A DNA stretch of 64,000 nt from Iphione sp. A-MEVVRFRX5 (lineage: Eukaryota). The notes under the pieces were generated by a model. That model saw only the letters and a program-made list of their open reading frames with translations, did no database searches and was not told where the DNA came from. Within the stretch, counting starts at the first letter, position 1. Every line of letters starts with the position of its first letter. Below, piece after piece: positions 33,854-47,250 of the stretch. Where the stretch lies: positions 46,066,001-46,130,000 of the forward strand of contig OZ320315.1 of NCBI GenBank assembly GCA_976226885.1, in the 5' to 3' direction. Made by a program: the position numbers and the translations under genes.

Positions 33854-36800
33854 TCCTAAATTATCCAGGAGTGCAATCTGCAAACTTGATGTGTGTGAAG
33901 AGTTTTTTTGTATTCGATCTTTTTTTAAAATGTCAGATGCTTGTTTCACTCTTGCCTTTTCGATGAGAACAACGTCAGCCAAGTTCCACTTGATGTTCGA
34001 ATGGTACGCACCTACCATTGTTGTTTACATACGACCTGGTATCTACTTTTGTTTTATTTCTCGCACACGAAAACATTTGTCTACAAATGAAGAATATCAT
34101 TATCAAAATAACACAAGGCTGGTGATCATGTGTGTTTTTTTTTCGCATGAGAAATTTTCGAATTTATTTTCGATTTCGAAGGTACAGCCCTCGGCTTGGA
34201 AAAATTTATTTTTGTAAGCATTGTAATCCTTCTAATGTGCCCCTTCATTTCATGCCCAACCACCCAGATTAAGGTTTACCTTATGGTGACGCAACATGTA
34301 ATCCCAAAGGCATATTTGAAGCAGCGTGAGTGCGAACAACTAACGTCGTGTCGATCATTAGTGGTGGACAAATCGGAAATCCGATAGTTCACAGCTTAGT
34401 ACAAAAGTCAAAAATAGGTAACGGCATATGTTTTTCGCACACTCTTCTCACAACACGGTGAAAAAAGTAAAGTGCAATGGTTGTTGAAATTATTATGGTT
34501 ACAATTGTCACTTGCTGTTAAATCAACAAATGCTTGAACCTAAGTTGGTAGTTACCTAGACTTGTTAATGCCCTTGACAATGACCCCCCTATGGACACGG
34601 AAAGATCCGTCTTAACGGTCTAGAATTGCCAATAAACATGTTACTGTACAGTTGTCCAATGACTTTCATTAGCAACCGTTACTGATTATTACAGGCGGGA
34701 AGATAATAATAGGCCCTACTCCAAGAAATAAAACATCAGGACAGCAACAAATGCCAGTAATGAGGAATTCATCCTTAGTGCATTTGGAACCGGTCTAAAC
34801 CATAACAGAAGTCGTTTAGTTCCACATTAAGAGCCCTGATTTAATACAGTTATTCAACAACATAGCCATACATGAACCACTGCATCATGTGGTTGCTGCT
34901 GGTTCCATCTGTGTATGAGCTGCATACTATTATTGGAGGTTTTGTCTATCTGATATGTAAACTTATATGTCAAGAAAAACAAGATTTACTGCGAGCAATA
35001 AATTCCTTCCTTCTAGATGCCATTTTTTAAAAAATATTGTGATTTACAAAACTTTGGAAGGAGTATACTGAGGGACAGCCATATTCCCGTACTGCGAAGA
35101 CTCTCAATGCAAACAATGACTAAATTTTTCTGACTCATGCTTAGTATCAAGGTCCCCGTGTCTTTGTGTAGCATGGCTACCTGTTTTTAGTGTGTCTTTT
35201 TTGCACATAGGATAACAACACAAGTGCATCCATGTACACTTACACATGTAGTGTGTGGCATGTTGTGAGTCTCTGTGTAGCATGTTTTTGGATGAAACAG
35301 GTCCTATTCGCCCATGTTTCACAGCTGTGATATGCATGTTTGAAATGGGAAGTATAGTTATCTACTGAGATGTAATATGATGAATATGCTGCCAGGAGAT
35401 ACATAAGCATGGCAGGAAGGTGAGGGATTTTCACAGTATTACAGCTGTGAAAACATGCTACATGCCACATGGATATACTTGGAAAATGGGCCTTAAAATG
35501 TGATTACCGCATCGATACTGTTACTGTTAACAGCACTACCATACCTACTACAGTAATTAACCTGCAGTATATTAACTCTTAGAGAGAACTAAAAATAGAG
35601 ATGGTTTTCTACAGCCAATCCACATACTAGAAGCTTGACCATACATGTACATGGATTAAGCTTGTAAAATCAGGGTTACTCTTCTTATCACCCCTAATTA
35701 TCACGCATCATAATCTCGTCTATTTGCGCTATTGTATAGAACGTATAGGTCTAGACAGCGACGAGGTGCACGCACGGCTCAGGTGATGGTGCTCTAAATG
35801 AAGCCATTTATAGCGCCGTGACTTATTGATGGACATAATGTAAGATTGTAAATTTCTTTCCTTGTTGAGTTTATGGTTTCGCTCCCCTTTACACAAATAG
35901 TGGGGCTCGGTCTTGTATGTGGAGTTGCAGGGCATTTGCAGACGAGAATTTGTCGCGTATTCCGTGCTCACCTCACATACAGACCGCTGAAGATGCAATG
36001 GCCTTTGCTTGTCCACGAATAAACGGACCGCTGGGTACGCTGGAAGGGAAAAAAATGCTACGAGGCTCTTTCGCTTGAAGCCTAGTGAGGTTTCCTTTCT
36101 CTGTGGTCACATATTGCGCCCCCGAGGCGGATTTAAGTCGGTTGATCGGGGATCAGCACTACATTGGTTCTGGATTGGCTTAAAGTGATCGACCTACGTC
36201 CCAGTCTACCACGCAAGCGCCAACGCACTCAAGGCAGGGCTTAGGGCCCTTTTTGCCTGACAGAGCGCTGGCCCTCTGGGATGCATTTAGAGTAGATTGA
36301 AGATTTATCCATGTGTGAGGTGCATTCCTTTAATATACATATGTAGGTTAGTGGTGAAAATTTTGTTAGGCGATTTAGCTAAAATGGAAAAGTAGGTATG
36401 AAAGTGGCTTTCCCTATATTGTGCAGCAAGTGTGGTAAGTCATGGTCCCATGCAAGGTCTGTCAAAGCACAGACTGCAAACACAAGCAGCAAAAAGAGGC
36501 ATATTCAAATGTACACGCATTTGCATTATTGCGCTCAGGATTCGTAAAGTACACAAGAGACCAAACCAGGCGCTGGCCTCATTTATAACAGTCACAAACA
36601 CAAAGTATAAATACCAAGGATAAACACACTGAATGATGTGGCCTACCTGCGCCTCTACTATTTCCACACAAAACTAACCTGATAAACGAAATCAAAGAAC
36701 AGCGGTACAGGAATATTCTGAAAACGCCGGCATTTGAACTTTCCATAGTAATACCATGCATATAAACTGTAGGGCTAACTACAAATAGAGCAAATTTGCT

Positions 36801-39519
36801 TCAATGCACTTCCCCTGTATTGTTTCTTTAGGTCAAGGTTGCATCATGCCTTAACAATACAGGCATTCGGCAAGGTTAACAGGGAGTTTTAATGGCGGTT
36901 TAGGTGTTTAGAACGTAATCTTTTTGTACAGTAGATAAGTGGATAAGCGGAGAAGAGGATTAACATTCTTGACCGTAAACAGAAACGTAAATAATCAGAT
37001 AGATATCAAAGTTTGCGTTCTATCAAGACTTAAGCTGGATACATGTTATAAAAAACAGACAACAACTATTGAAAGAATATTTTTCGGTGATATGCACTAC
37101 AACCTGTCGCAGCTTTATGCGTAATTGTCTCACTTAACAGGGGTGGGAGTGGGCTTAATCAAGCTTAACGAAGAACAACTAAGGCCTGCGGACCTATGCA
37201 TACATATCAAACGATTTACAATCAAAACATTGTTATACGGTTCCGTTATCATTTATGTAACCTATATCACTTACAATAAACCAGGAGGTACAAAGGAGAA
37301 GTGCCAAGTCCCAACGACGCCATTCATTTGCATTACACGTAGTGAAAAACGTTGCAATGCAAGAGGTGTAAATTTAACGGCGAAACACAACAGAACTACT
37401 ACCTGGTTGTTATAACACAAGTATGTTCAAAGTGCCATCTATACAAAGCGCGTGGCTACACCTATTCTTTAAAGATATTGGAAATTTATTACGCCCTGTA
37501 TTTTGTAATTCACTGAAATGAATTAGAGGGAATAGACATCGAAATGGAAAAATATAAAAACTGTTTTGATAAATGCATTTACAAGAAAATGGAAGTTCTT
37601 TCTTGATACAATTAACGGTGTTCCTGACAAATATAGTTTTCCCACAGTCGTGGAGATGCATTTATTTGTATTAGGCTGCTTCTTTCAAACCATTTACAGA
37701 TAAAAGAAAACAAAGAATGTCCGGTGCAGATATACACTACATTTAGAGGGCAATCTAGGAAGCCACTTGGGAGTCACTTATTTTAATATTTTCTCTGAAT
37801 TTCCACACTTGAGCTTCGGCCGTTTTATACGTCAGCACAACATGGTTATTGACGTGAAGCCAACTCATATTATCAATGTAACACTTGATTTCCACATGGT
37901 AAGCTGTTCTTTCCTCGCGGCTGCACTTAGCTGTCATGGCGATGTTAGTTGTCAGTGATGAATCACCCATGAAACCTCCTTATACCAAAGACTCTCCTGC
38001 ATGCGTCACAGTCTCGTTCTTTAAGCATTTCATCCTAAACCGACCTCCCTACGTATCCTTTTCACTTGATCCCATCTGTCCTGTTGCATCAGACCCATAG
38101 CCAAGCGGGTATCGAGGGTATCGTCCGATTACCCCCACAAAACCTAATGCCTATAGGTCTACATAGACATACGGCCTTCAGGAAGTCCATCTCTGGGGTA
38201 TTGGGGGTATCATCCGATTGGCCTACTCCGTACAACAATTTCTGGCTACGGGCCTGTACATCCCCCCGCCCCATATTCCTCTCCGTTCTCGTCTTTCTGC
38301 AAAAAATTCCCCAAAATATGTGCATGCAGCAATTGTGCAATACTGTCGGTCTTTTTCAGTCTTATTACCTTCACAAAAACACATGCATCAGGGTGAGGGT
38401 ATATGTAGATGTGAACTCGCCCTTGTCTGCCAAATAACCCTGGCTGTGTGTATTACAAGATGCCGGTGCTGTGCGATATTAAGTATACAGTTGTGCGTCT
38501 ACACACCTGAGATATCCACTTTATCGCCCGCACGACGAGCGCAACGGCACAATAGCCAACGAGGGTAAGCCGCTTCCCACGAACCTGAACATACAAGATG
38601 TATAAGATCAAGGGCTGTCCTGGTCAACAACTGATCCTCCAATCAGGTGCCGCTCTTCAAGGCATCCCAAGGGCCTCATCTCAAGCTTAGCGCAATCCCA
38701 TCGAATTGATTGCATCAATCTGTTTTGTGCCTTAAGACCTGTGAGGCGAATACTTGAAACGGAGACGTGCAGACGCACCATAGAAACCCGTGAGAGACCC
38801 ATTCTGCATAGGGCCGGGGATTACTTCCGTTCCTCCGAATTCCAATGTTATATCCTGCAAGAACAACATTTTTAAAGGTAGCTTGATCCGGGAGAGGAAA
38901 TGATATGCGAACTAGTAAGGATTTCTTTATTATCTGTGAAAATAATGTTGTCTTTATGGTGCAAACATTTTGTCAGTATCCTTGAAATAAAAGATTAAAA
39001 AACACCGAAAGCACTTACTTCACAGTTCAATAAAGTTTACTTCTGAAAGCCGCGATGCAAACGAACCAATGACTTTGTGAAGTACATGTACTGTGAACAA
39101 TAATGTTTCACGGCCTTCTGAATGATGCGTACACGACACAGATATCGTATTGATGGATGAGATTGACAAAGACTTTCTACGGCCCATTTCTGCCTTTCGA
39201 ACGCAGCTGTTGGCGACGAAACGGAAATAAACTGGACAGTCGTGTGAATTACATTACAAGACAGTCCGCACGAATGCCATTTGTTGCAAGCTGGCGCAAT
39301 CACAGCCATTAGTCACAAGATAGCAGAGCCTGACAATGACTGTGGCGTGTTGGCACAGCAAGCCCTACTGACCTGTCCTCAGTGGCTTCCTGGGTGAAGC
39401 CTGGCGCCAAAGTGCTATTCGCCTGCAGCCACACAGTGGGATGCATAATATACAAAGGCGTTAAGGGCGTCCAGAATGTACGCTGGCACTTGTTTAATGG
39501 ACGACTGCATGTCTGTAGA

Positions 39520-39920
39520 TTTACCCTGGCACAAGCTGATTATTCAACAGTAATGTTAAGCTGTTGTAATAAGAATGACTTAAACAGGCTGCAAAGACTG
39601 CAAAACAGACCGGTGGCCATTATCTACACCAAGCATGATAACTGTTATAAATCTCGAACTATGTTACCCAGCTCCGACCTGCACATATTGTTCAAATTAA
39701 TGACCATTGCTCAGAGTCGCAAAGTCTTCACTTTTGACATTGTGCACAATCTTAATTTGCTCAGCTTATTATCAAACAATCGCAACTTAACACTAGACAA
39801 CATGATGCAGAATGTTTACATACATATACCCAAGCCGAAAACAGGACTGGTTAAAAAAAATCAATTCACTCCAGTGCAATCAAATCATGAAACTACATGG
39901 ATTCTAGCATAAGAATGGCT
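39520..39920 (+). mobile_element. 3' fragment of a CR1/L2-group LINE ORF2 (post-RT C-terminal region)
   Basis: ADYSTVMLSCCNKNDLNRLQRLQNRPVAII resembles DYC.VVW.NC....LQRLQNRAARII. IPKPKTGLVKK followed by a frameshift to KSIHSSAIKS*NYMD resembles PKP.TE..KKSF.YS....WN.L. Confidence 0.75.
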
Positions 39921-41488
39921 AGGATTCAATGGCTATTTTTTTACTGTTCTCTCGATCTGTTTGATATGATAACAGGTATTGAGATGCTCCGATGTAAACT
40001 CATGCACAGAAGTTTAGTTCCAATGCGCAGTGCTTGCACTCTTCTATTTTACTGTAATACTGATTCTTGTCTTTACTGAACTGGTAATAATGGTGTATGA
40101 ACCCATGTCCATCTGGATTTAAAAAAACGCCTTATCAAGGCGATCTTTTGGATAAAATATTTTTTTCTTATCATACCATGGTACTGAGTCAGATTGGCAA
40201 CTACATGCAGAACATAATATTGGCAAACAAAACCATACTAGGAAGCACGATTTCAGATGCATGTACTAGGACTGATGCCAGTAGCATCATGGGTACATAC
40301 ATATTATTACGATCGGTAGTATTTATAAATATCCACATTGAATGATATTTTTGTACTCTGCAGAACATTACAACTGTAGTGAAGAGCACATGCTGTACAT
40401 ACGTTAAGTCCACCTTTTAAACTGAATGAACTAACTTTTCAAAACAACATAACAAAACGTAATTCTGGCTATGACAAGCATAACATTCATATCATACCAC
40501 AGCAGCAATGTCACACATATTGCCCTCACACATACACATTTGTTTCTATTTGTGGAACGAGTTAGGGGAATGAGGTAAGGCAGAGGCTGTAAATCCATCC
40601 CTTTTAGTGCATTGCTGGGACGACAGAACGACGCCGGCTGTGGGGGGTCCTCAGCCATGTTGGCACGCTTGCATCCCCTGTAATGGGTCGGATCTCCACC
40701 GGCGTCACTAGTAAGGTCTCCCACCGCTAGATGGAGGCATGATTTGTCGTCGAACGTGACGACGGGCTGGGTTGGTCGCCGAGCTACCGCTCGAAACGGA
40801 TGCGAGCTGATAGCGTCTGGTTGCGACGCAAGTCACATTTTCGAAAGGTTAGAAGCCATGGGGCGCTTTGTCTGAAGGAGAACGCTGACAGGAGCTTAGA
40901 ACGGGATGCGATGGGCCTCGCTCGTCATACATCTATTCGTCAATACTGCCAGATACCAAGGTATATTGACTAGGACTCGTGTAATAATGGACTGTTGAAT
41001 GTCGAGTTGCCGAGCAGTCTGTTTCATTTGTGATGGTTGCAAAACGAGGTCCGAACAGACTGTCCTTGGACCGCAATTGTGTCGCACAGATACTGTGTTA
41101 GCGTCAGACAAGCCGGTTCACACAAATAACCGATGTCAATTCTACTTCTTATATATAGATATATATAATTCAAAATGAGTCTTCAATTAGATGTTGGTAG
41201 AGTAAATCGGACTTTGTGATATGGTTAGACAGAATATTGTCCGTTATTATTTGACATGTTTTAATCGTATTGTATCTTTAATACAACAGTGTAGTTATGT
41301 CAACCTTGTTTATGCAGAGTAGTCAAACCATTAGCGAATTGGTGGGCGTTATGAGAGGTAGGCGCTGTAACTGTGTAAGGAACAGGGAGACGGTGGCCAT
41401 CAGATAAATTATAAAAAGAGGAAACTGTGTTTTGTGTTATGCATAGAATGGATTGCTCCATGTTTCAGTTTTTGACGACTTCCATGTA

Positions 41489-41829
41489 CAGTCAACTCTC
41501 ACTTAAAGACCGGGCCACAGAGGAGACCAGAGCAGGTTTTAACAGAGCCACAAGCATTTTTTTAAACTTTTTATTTCCACTGGATTAACAAATATGGTTA
41601 GTACATCATCCAGTATTGTCCTAGCATCAAAACTATTCATTGAAGTCACAGAAATCTTGGTTATAGACAACTATTGACCAACAGATAACATCCTTACAAC
41701 CTTACAGCAATAGAAACAGATGGTATGAAATGAGATGTGCATACATTTCTATATATATGAGACCACAGAGGAAACCAGACCTCAACAAAGACCAGTATCA
41801 GAGGTGGTCTTCTAAGCAAGAGTTGACTG
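41489..41829. mobile_element. 341-bp Tc1/mariner-pogo type MITE with TA target-site duplication
   Basis: Left TIR CAGTCAACTCTCACTTAAAGACC and right TIR (reverse complement) CAGTCAACTCTTGCTTAGAAGACC. TA at 41487-41488 and 41830-41831. Internal subterminal repeats G(A/G)CCACAGAGGA(A/G)ACCAGA. Confidence 0.88.
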
Positions 41830-43821
41830 TACATGTACTTGTAACCTACATTTATAAACAGCAAGTATTTAGGTGGCCGGCCACAATGTGTTTATATTAT
41901 CACAACCGCAGTGCCATCCGCATCTGTACGGATTAAGCAAAACTTGAGCACTATGGGTGTCAGGCAAAAGCGGGTAGGAACCATATGTTTGGAGCAATAG
42001 GAAGACAGAAACAGGCTGAGTTGCACTAATCCTCCTCCTGGATGTTGTGAATCGTGTCCTCCACGAGGTAATCCGGCTGAAAATCCTCAGGATCTACGGC
42101 CTGCCAACTGCTGCTGGTTACGGATATGGAGGAAATGCCAGAGAGGTTGAAAATACAGCAAACGTAAGGTGACTGATCCTGTACAGCTGGAAGGGGAACT
42201 GCAAGAGATGAGCATGGCTCCTAATACACACAGAGATGACCAGTGCAGATGTACAGCAGGCTACTTGATCCATTGATCACGGAAACTGTTAATAGCAAAA
42301 TGTGAATCACACTATCGAAATACTTTATAAAAGAGAGGCCGCTTTAGATCGAGCACCTGGGACCAAATCCTTGCTTGGCGGATACTAGCAGAGTGATAGG
42401 GAAATTCCATTAATTATGTATAGTGTCAGAACATTAGTTTTGTTTGGGATCTAGAGCGCTTGGCCCGATGGAAGAGGATACATAAAACGATATGATTATT
42501 TGATTGGTTGTTGTATTTCTCCAAGGGACATTCTATTGCTGGAGCATAACAGTGTGAGCTCTCAAAATATACAGAGGTTGCATGGGTTTGATATCGTGAA
42601 TTGACCTATCAATGGGAGGCATGGAAACTGTCGACCATCACTGGTCTTATATTGCTGGCAACACTAAAACATTTTCTAGCTGCAGGCCATTCATCACAAA
42701 CAAAACGTCATCTGCACCTATAAAATATACAAAAGATTTAGTGAAGCCAGCAGGCAGAATCACGGAAAATGCCCAAACCCCTCAACCATCGGTTAATTTT
42801 CAAATTCTATCAGGCACATAATGATGGTAGACGAGCTGTACACCCATTTATGTGATTTTGTGTACTTGAATATCCTTAGAGATAGCGCAGCGAACTCTGT
42901 TTCGTCTAAATCAACATCTGACCTATCCGGCCGATGTCGTCTTTTTGGCTTAAAAGATCATTGTATTTGCTCCGATATGGCGCATGATGATGTAATTACA
43001 ATGTATAGAACCATCATCTGTCTACTGGGTACAAGAATGTATATGTATAATTATATGTAGGCCCATATATGTGAAACGCATTTGGGGGGGAGTTGTCTGG
43101 GAACCAGATCCACTTCATATGCAGACCTCAGCCAGAACAGATTACTTCCTTATGCTATAAATTTTCCAAAACATCTGCGAACTGGACAGGCCCTATATAT
43201 AACATTGCCTGTCTCAGGACATGTTTGAAGGCAACAAGTTAAGGGTAACAACCAGGTATAGAGTCAGTATACTATCCCTTCTATAGGGGATTTCTTAAAG
43301 ACAGCCTTACGACTTTAGTTTCTAATTTAGCTGTGACACATTGGTTTTGCACAAAGATTATCTATGATGACCTGTTATAATCTTAGTCGAATTAAGCAAC
43401 GTTTTCACCTCCCATGTCGAGTCCTTCTGTGACTCTCACACAGGCTCATATTACTGTATAATCAATAGTTACCACACCTCCTGACAACTATTTGGATGCC
43501 CAACGCACATATAGGCGCAGGTCGTGATAAGTAGTTGAACGGACCATGGAGGACTTCTGAGCTGACATCGATTCTCCGGCACCAATCTCTCCAGCATCCA
43601 TATTATATCCGACCCTGACTGCGTCCTCTGCTACCTTCTTTCTTTCTTTCCGTTACCAGCTGCCACTTCAATCGACACATCTCCACCATGGCCGAACAGA
43701 GAAACGCAGTCAGATTCGGGGCAAGGTGGAGAACTAAATGCCAAGAGGAAATGACTGTCCACTACCTCCATTGAGTTGTATGAGCAGTATCTCATCTCAA
43801 TACAGGTATCATAGGACCCCC

Positions 43822-44750
43822 AATGTTCCCGTGTGTGGGCTGATGCTCACGCGGACGGCTATTTCTGTTGGGTACGAACTTGAGGTGTAAAATTTCAAGG
43901 TATCCACGAGCTGGCTGAAGAAGTTCTAAGCCAGACACGGCAATAGTTCGTTTAATTTGTCAGATAAAATAGATCAGTCTCTGATGGAACATTGAAGGTA
44001 CTGGGGTACGTCACCTCCATCATCCAAGGATAGGCACCAAGCACATTCAATTGTCACTTGGAGAGTGTCCTACTAGGCAGAACTCTGGTAGCGAGGGGCA
44101 TTGCCATCAGTCAAGAAGGCCAAGGTCAGATTACCGCCATGTTCTGTATGAAAATGGTTGGGGCTTTCAAGGAGAACGGATACTTATGTACCGTAGTAAA
44201 CTGGACCATGGGACACTGGCAGTCACCTGGAAGGCTAACAAGTGCTCCTGGGTGGTGATGTCCAGCTTTGACGAGTAAATCAAGGCCAAGGGTAGGAATA
44301 TCCTCCCCTTGATGGACAAAGCCCCCGCTCGTACACGCAGGAATAAAGCTCAGTGATATGAAGATGGTACACTTTCCAGCTAATGCCACCTCTATTTTCC
44401 TTCAGCCCTTGGGCCATGGACAATCAAAGTATGGGAATTTTGTCAGGCTGTGATCAATCAGACTAATGAATACTGCTTCACAAGTGTAAGGGTCAGGTCA
44501 TTCACTAAGGAGATTGCCAATCGGAGGAGGGCAGAATGATGACTCTACTTCTTTGATCTTTTCACCACAGCATGTGCTGAGTCAATGACGCTGGAAAAGT
44601 ACACTACAATGGACCAAGACATCTCGACACACAGCTCACAAGAGAATGAGTAGTGGGGAGAACGGGGAGGAGGAAGATGAGGATGAGGATAAGGGAGGAG
44701 TACGAGGGAACGAGAGACAGTGAAGAGAAGGAAATATACTGATGAGAAGA
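43822..44750 (+). pseudogene. Degenerate pogo/Tigger (CENP-B HTH plus DDE_1) transposase
   Basis: Across frames: NVPVCGLMLT...NFKVSTSWLKKF*ARHG (CENP-B-type HTH), GRTLVARG...ITAMFC, WKANKCSW, RNILPLMDKAPA (DNAPAH equivalent), MVHFPANATSIFLQPLG, and an acidic tail near 44600-44750. Several stops and frameshifts. Confidence 0.85.
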
Positions 44751-45299
44751 TGACTGGTTTTATCACAATGTGCTGTTTAATAAAAGTGAACGCGTTCTAA
44801 ACAGAAATGAGACATACGTATAAAATCCGCCATTGTGACTGGACCCTCCTGTAGATATAACTTTATATAAATATTTATTTTTTACAGTAGAAAATTCATA
44901 TACCTCCTTATGTTCTATGTGTATTTCCAGGAATGTGCGAACAAGTAAATATGGATAGGATGCACTTTCTGTCGCCATTTATTTTTATAATGAGAGCATG
45001 ATGAACTAGGTCGGGTTTGCTGGCTGCATTTCTTTCTCCTTTTTTTAAAACTCAGACTGTGCTAAGGCAGTGAAAGGACAGTAGCAGAGAAGGCAAGAAA
45101 GTCTATATGCTCTAATAGTGAATATATATGGGGTTATCATATAAAAAGGGGCAAGAACTTAAGGTTCACAGATTTGAAGAGGTTGATTTATCCTGCCTCG
45201 GTATTCTGTTCTATAATATAGCAGCTGACATCAGTGTAGACCCCTCCCGCTCGATGAGGTTTATGATTCAGTATTTTCGAACGAGATGTTGCCAACAGG

Positions 45300-47250
45300 G
45301 ACTGCGTTGACGAATTTTATCCCTATTTTCGGCGGGTGGTGGATATTTGCGTATGCAGGTCCCGTTCCGCTCACGTTGGCACGCCCGGCTGTGGTCCATC
45401 GCAGCTCGGTTTACTTTGCGTCCCGTCATATGGACCATTGCCTCGGCCACTTCAGCCCGCAGACCGGCAGACCCGGCGTGCTTGACCCCGCCTACCGCGG
45501 CCCACCCGTCGCGCATCCTCCCGTCGATGCTCCCACTGCAGCCGCCAGGGCGCCGTCCCAGGAGGCAAGGCCCGATCCATCACGAGCTTCCGCCGGGAAT
45601 CACGAGGTGGCGCGACGAACGCAACGCAGCTTTGTTGATCATGCATCTCATTGGCTGCATCAGCGGGCTTAGACTTGAGCCGGGCTTAGGTTGGTCATAG
45701 CGGTTGAAGGGATCAAGTAGTGATACTGTTTGATGATCCAATCTGGGTGGACGGTTAAAAGACCTTTTCGCATGCACCTCCCTTTTTAGCACGTTAGATG
45801 GATTGAAGCTTCAGATAAAACCATCGGGTCGTTTTTTAGGCCAACACGTGCCTTTAACAACCTCAACAGGGAACATAATTTATAACAGGAAACGCGTCAT
45901 TGATACTTTTGCCACGCTTACATCTCATTTGTATTAGACTGGCATGTGTATTTTTCAGATATTGGAACCGCCTATATCGGCAAATCTATATTAATGGCAA
46001 AATTACGTGGCCTGGTTCAGCTGAAGCTGTGATTGTTGCGATCAGTGATTATTTGAGCAGTTTCATGACTGCTGTGTGGGATATACGCTGAATATTTCAT
46101 TGATGTGAAATAGACGTTTACCAGAGTGATTTGCAGTGAAGCGAGTATGTCTGGAAATTTGGGGGGAGGGAAATGATACATATGAAATTTTATCCAATCC
46201 ATCACCGCAGAAATGTCAAATCGTAACCGATACATCAGCATTCAAGAAGTTGGTTAGGGACAGGCTGTGTGGTGCATAGCGGCGGAGGGGCCGGTAATAT
46301 GGGACTACTGCATGTCATGGCCCGCTAACCGCGTGCCGTCAGCGCGCTGTCAGCAGCCAGCAAGGGAGGAAGTAGGCAGCGCGCCACACAGACAGACGGA
46401 AGCACCAGGAGGACCGTGGGCTGTGTCCAACCTGCCGCTGCGCCATCGCCCAACACAGCAGACGCCGCGTTCACTAGGCCGCAGCAGCAGCTCCACGGCC
46501 GCCCCCGGCACCGCGTCCGCCGCTCCCAGCAGCGGCGGTGACTGAGTGCCTGGTACGCCTTCAGTCGCCAGCACATGTCTACCCACCTTCAGTGGCTGTA
46601 GCGGCCTTTATCAGGAGCAGCAGGAGTAGCTCAGTAAGAGTATAGGAGTAGGATACCAAGGAAGGGAGACCGCGTACTGCGACCGGCGCTGGGCCCCTGA
46701 TAAAGCAAGCAATTACACGACCGCCGTAAGGCGAGTGGCACATATCGGACACCAGCCCGGGAAAACACAAGGAGTAATGTCCACAACAGTTCTTTGATGA
46801 GAAGGCAGAATACGGCGTTCACTTTGTACCGACCACCGCTGAATTCCACTCCTGTTCTCGGGGCTATAGGGATAAAATCATCATCTTACAGACGACAGAG
46901 CACCGAGGACCATCGACGCTAGTATCTTTTTCATTAGTAGGATGGAGAGAGCTTTAAGCCCTGCCCCACATAGGACTTTCACCGCCGCCAGGGACAGCCG
47001 TTGTGAAGCAGTTGGCGTGCGATGTGGCGAGAACTACCCTACGATGCCCACAGCAACTTGTAGCACCAGCACCAGTGCACCAGCGACCAGACTTTTGCTA
47101 ATGCTGTTAGCCCGTGCGAAAGTTATCCTCGTTCTGATCTCCGTTCTTCCCTGCCTGATGGCCCTTTCGAATGCTGCGGACAACACTAAGCCTCACAAGT
47201 ACGCGGAGCCAGCCGAGCTCCCCATAAAGACGTAAGTATAACATCTCTCT
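45300..47250. promoter_or_regulatory. GC/CpG-rich island, probable promoter and 5' UTR of the gene whose first coding exon ends at 47231
   Basis: Visibly elevated GC and CpG content against an AT-rich background, CCAAT-type boxes near 45650-45740, and a first-exon-like ORF at its 3' edge. Confidence 0.5.
46942..47231 (+). CDS. First coding exon with signal peptide (ATG at 46942 or 47044); possibly a voltage-gated Ca2+ channel alpha2delta-type subunit
   Basis: Hydrophobic RLLLMLLARAKVILVLISVLPCLMALSNA followed by ADNTKPHKYAEPAELPIKT, then a perfect donor AC|GTAAGT (47232) in phase 2. As recalled, CACNA2D3/4 exon 1 ends IPLSV/IPLET in phase 2. Exon 2 was not identified. Confidence 0.5.

Noticed and set aside
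42035-42095. CC-UCCACGA-GG resembling the P3/L3 of HDV-like ribozymes
   Set aside because: P1 cannot form 7 bp (only 5 nt before the GG), P3 has a mismatch, and no P2 partner was found.
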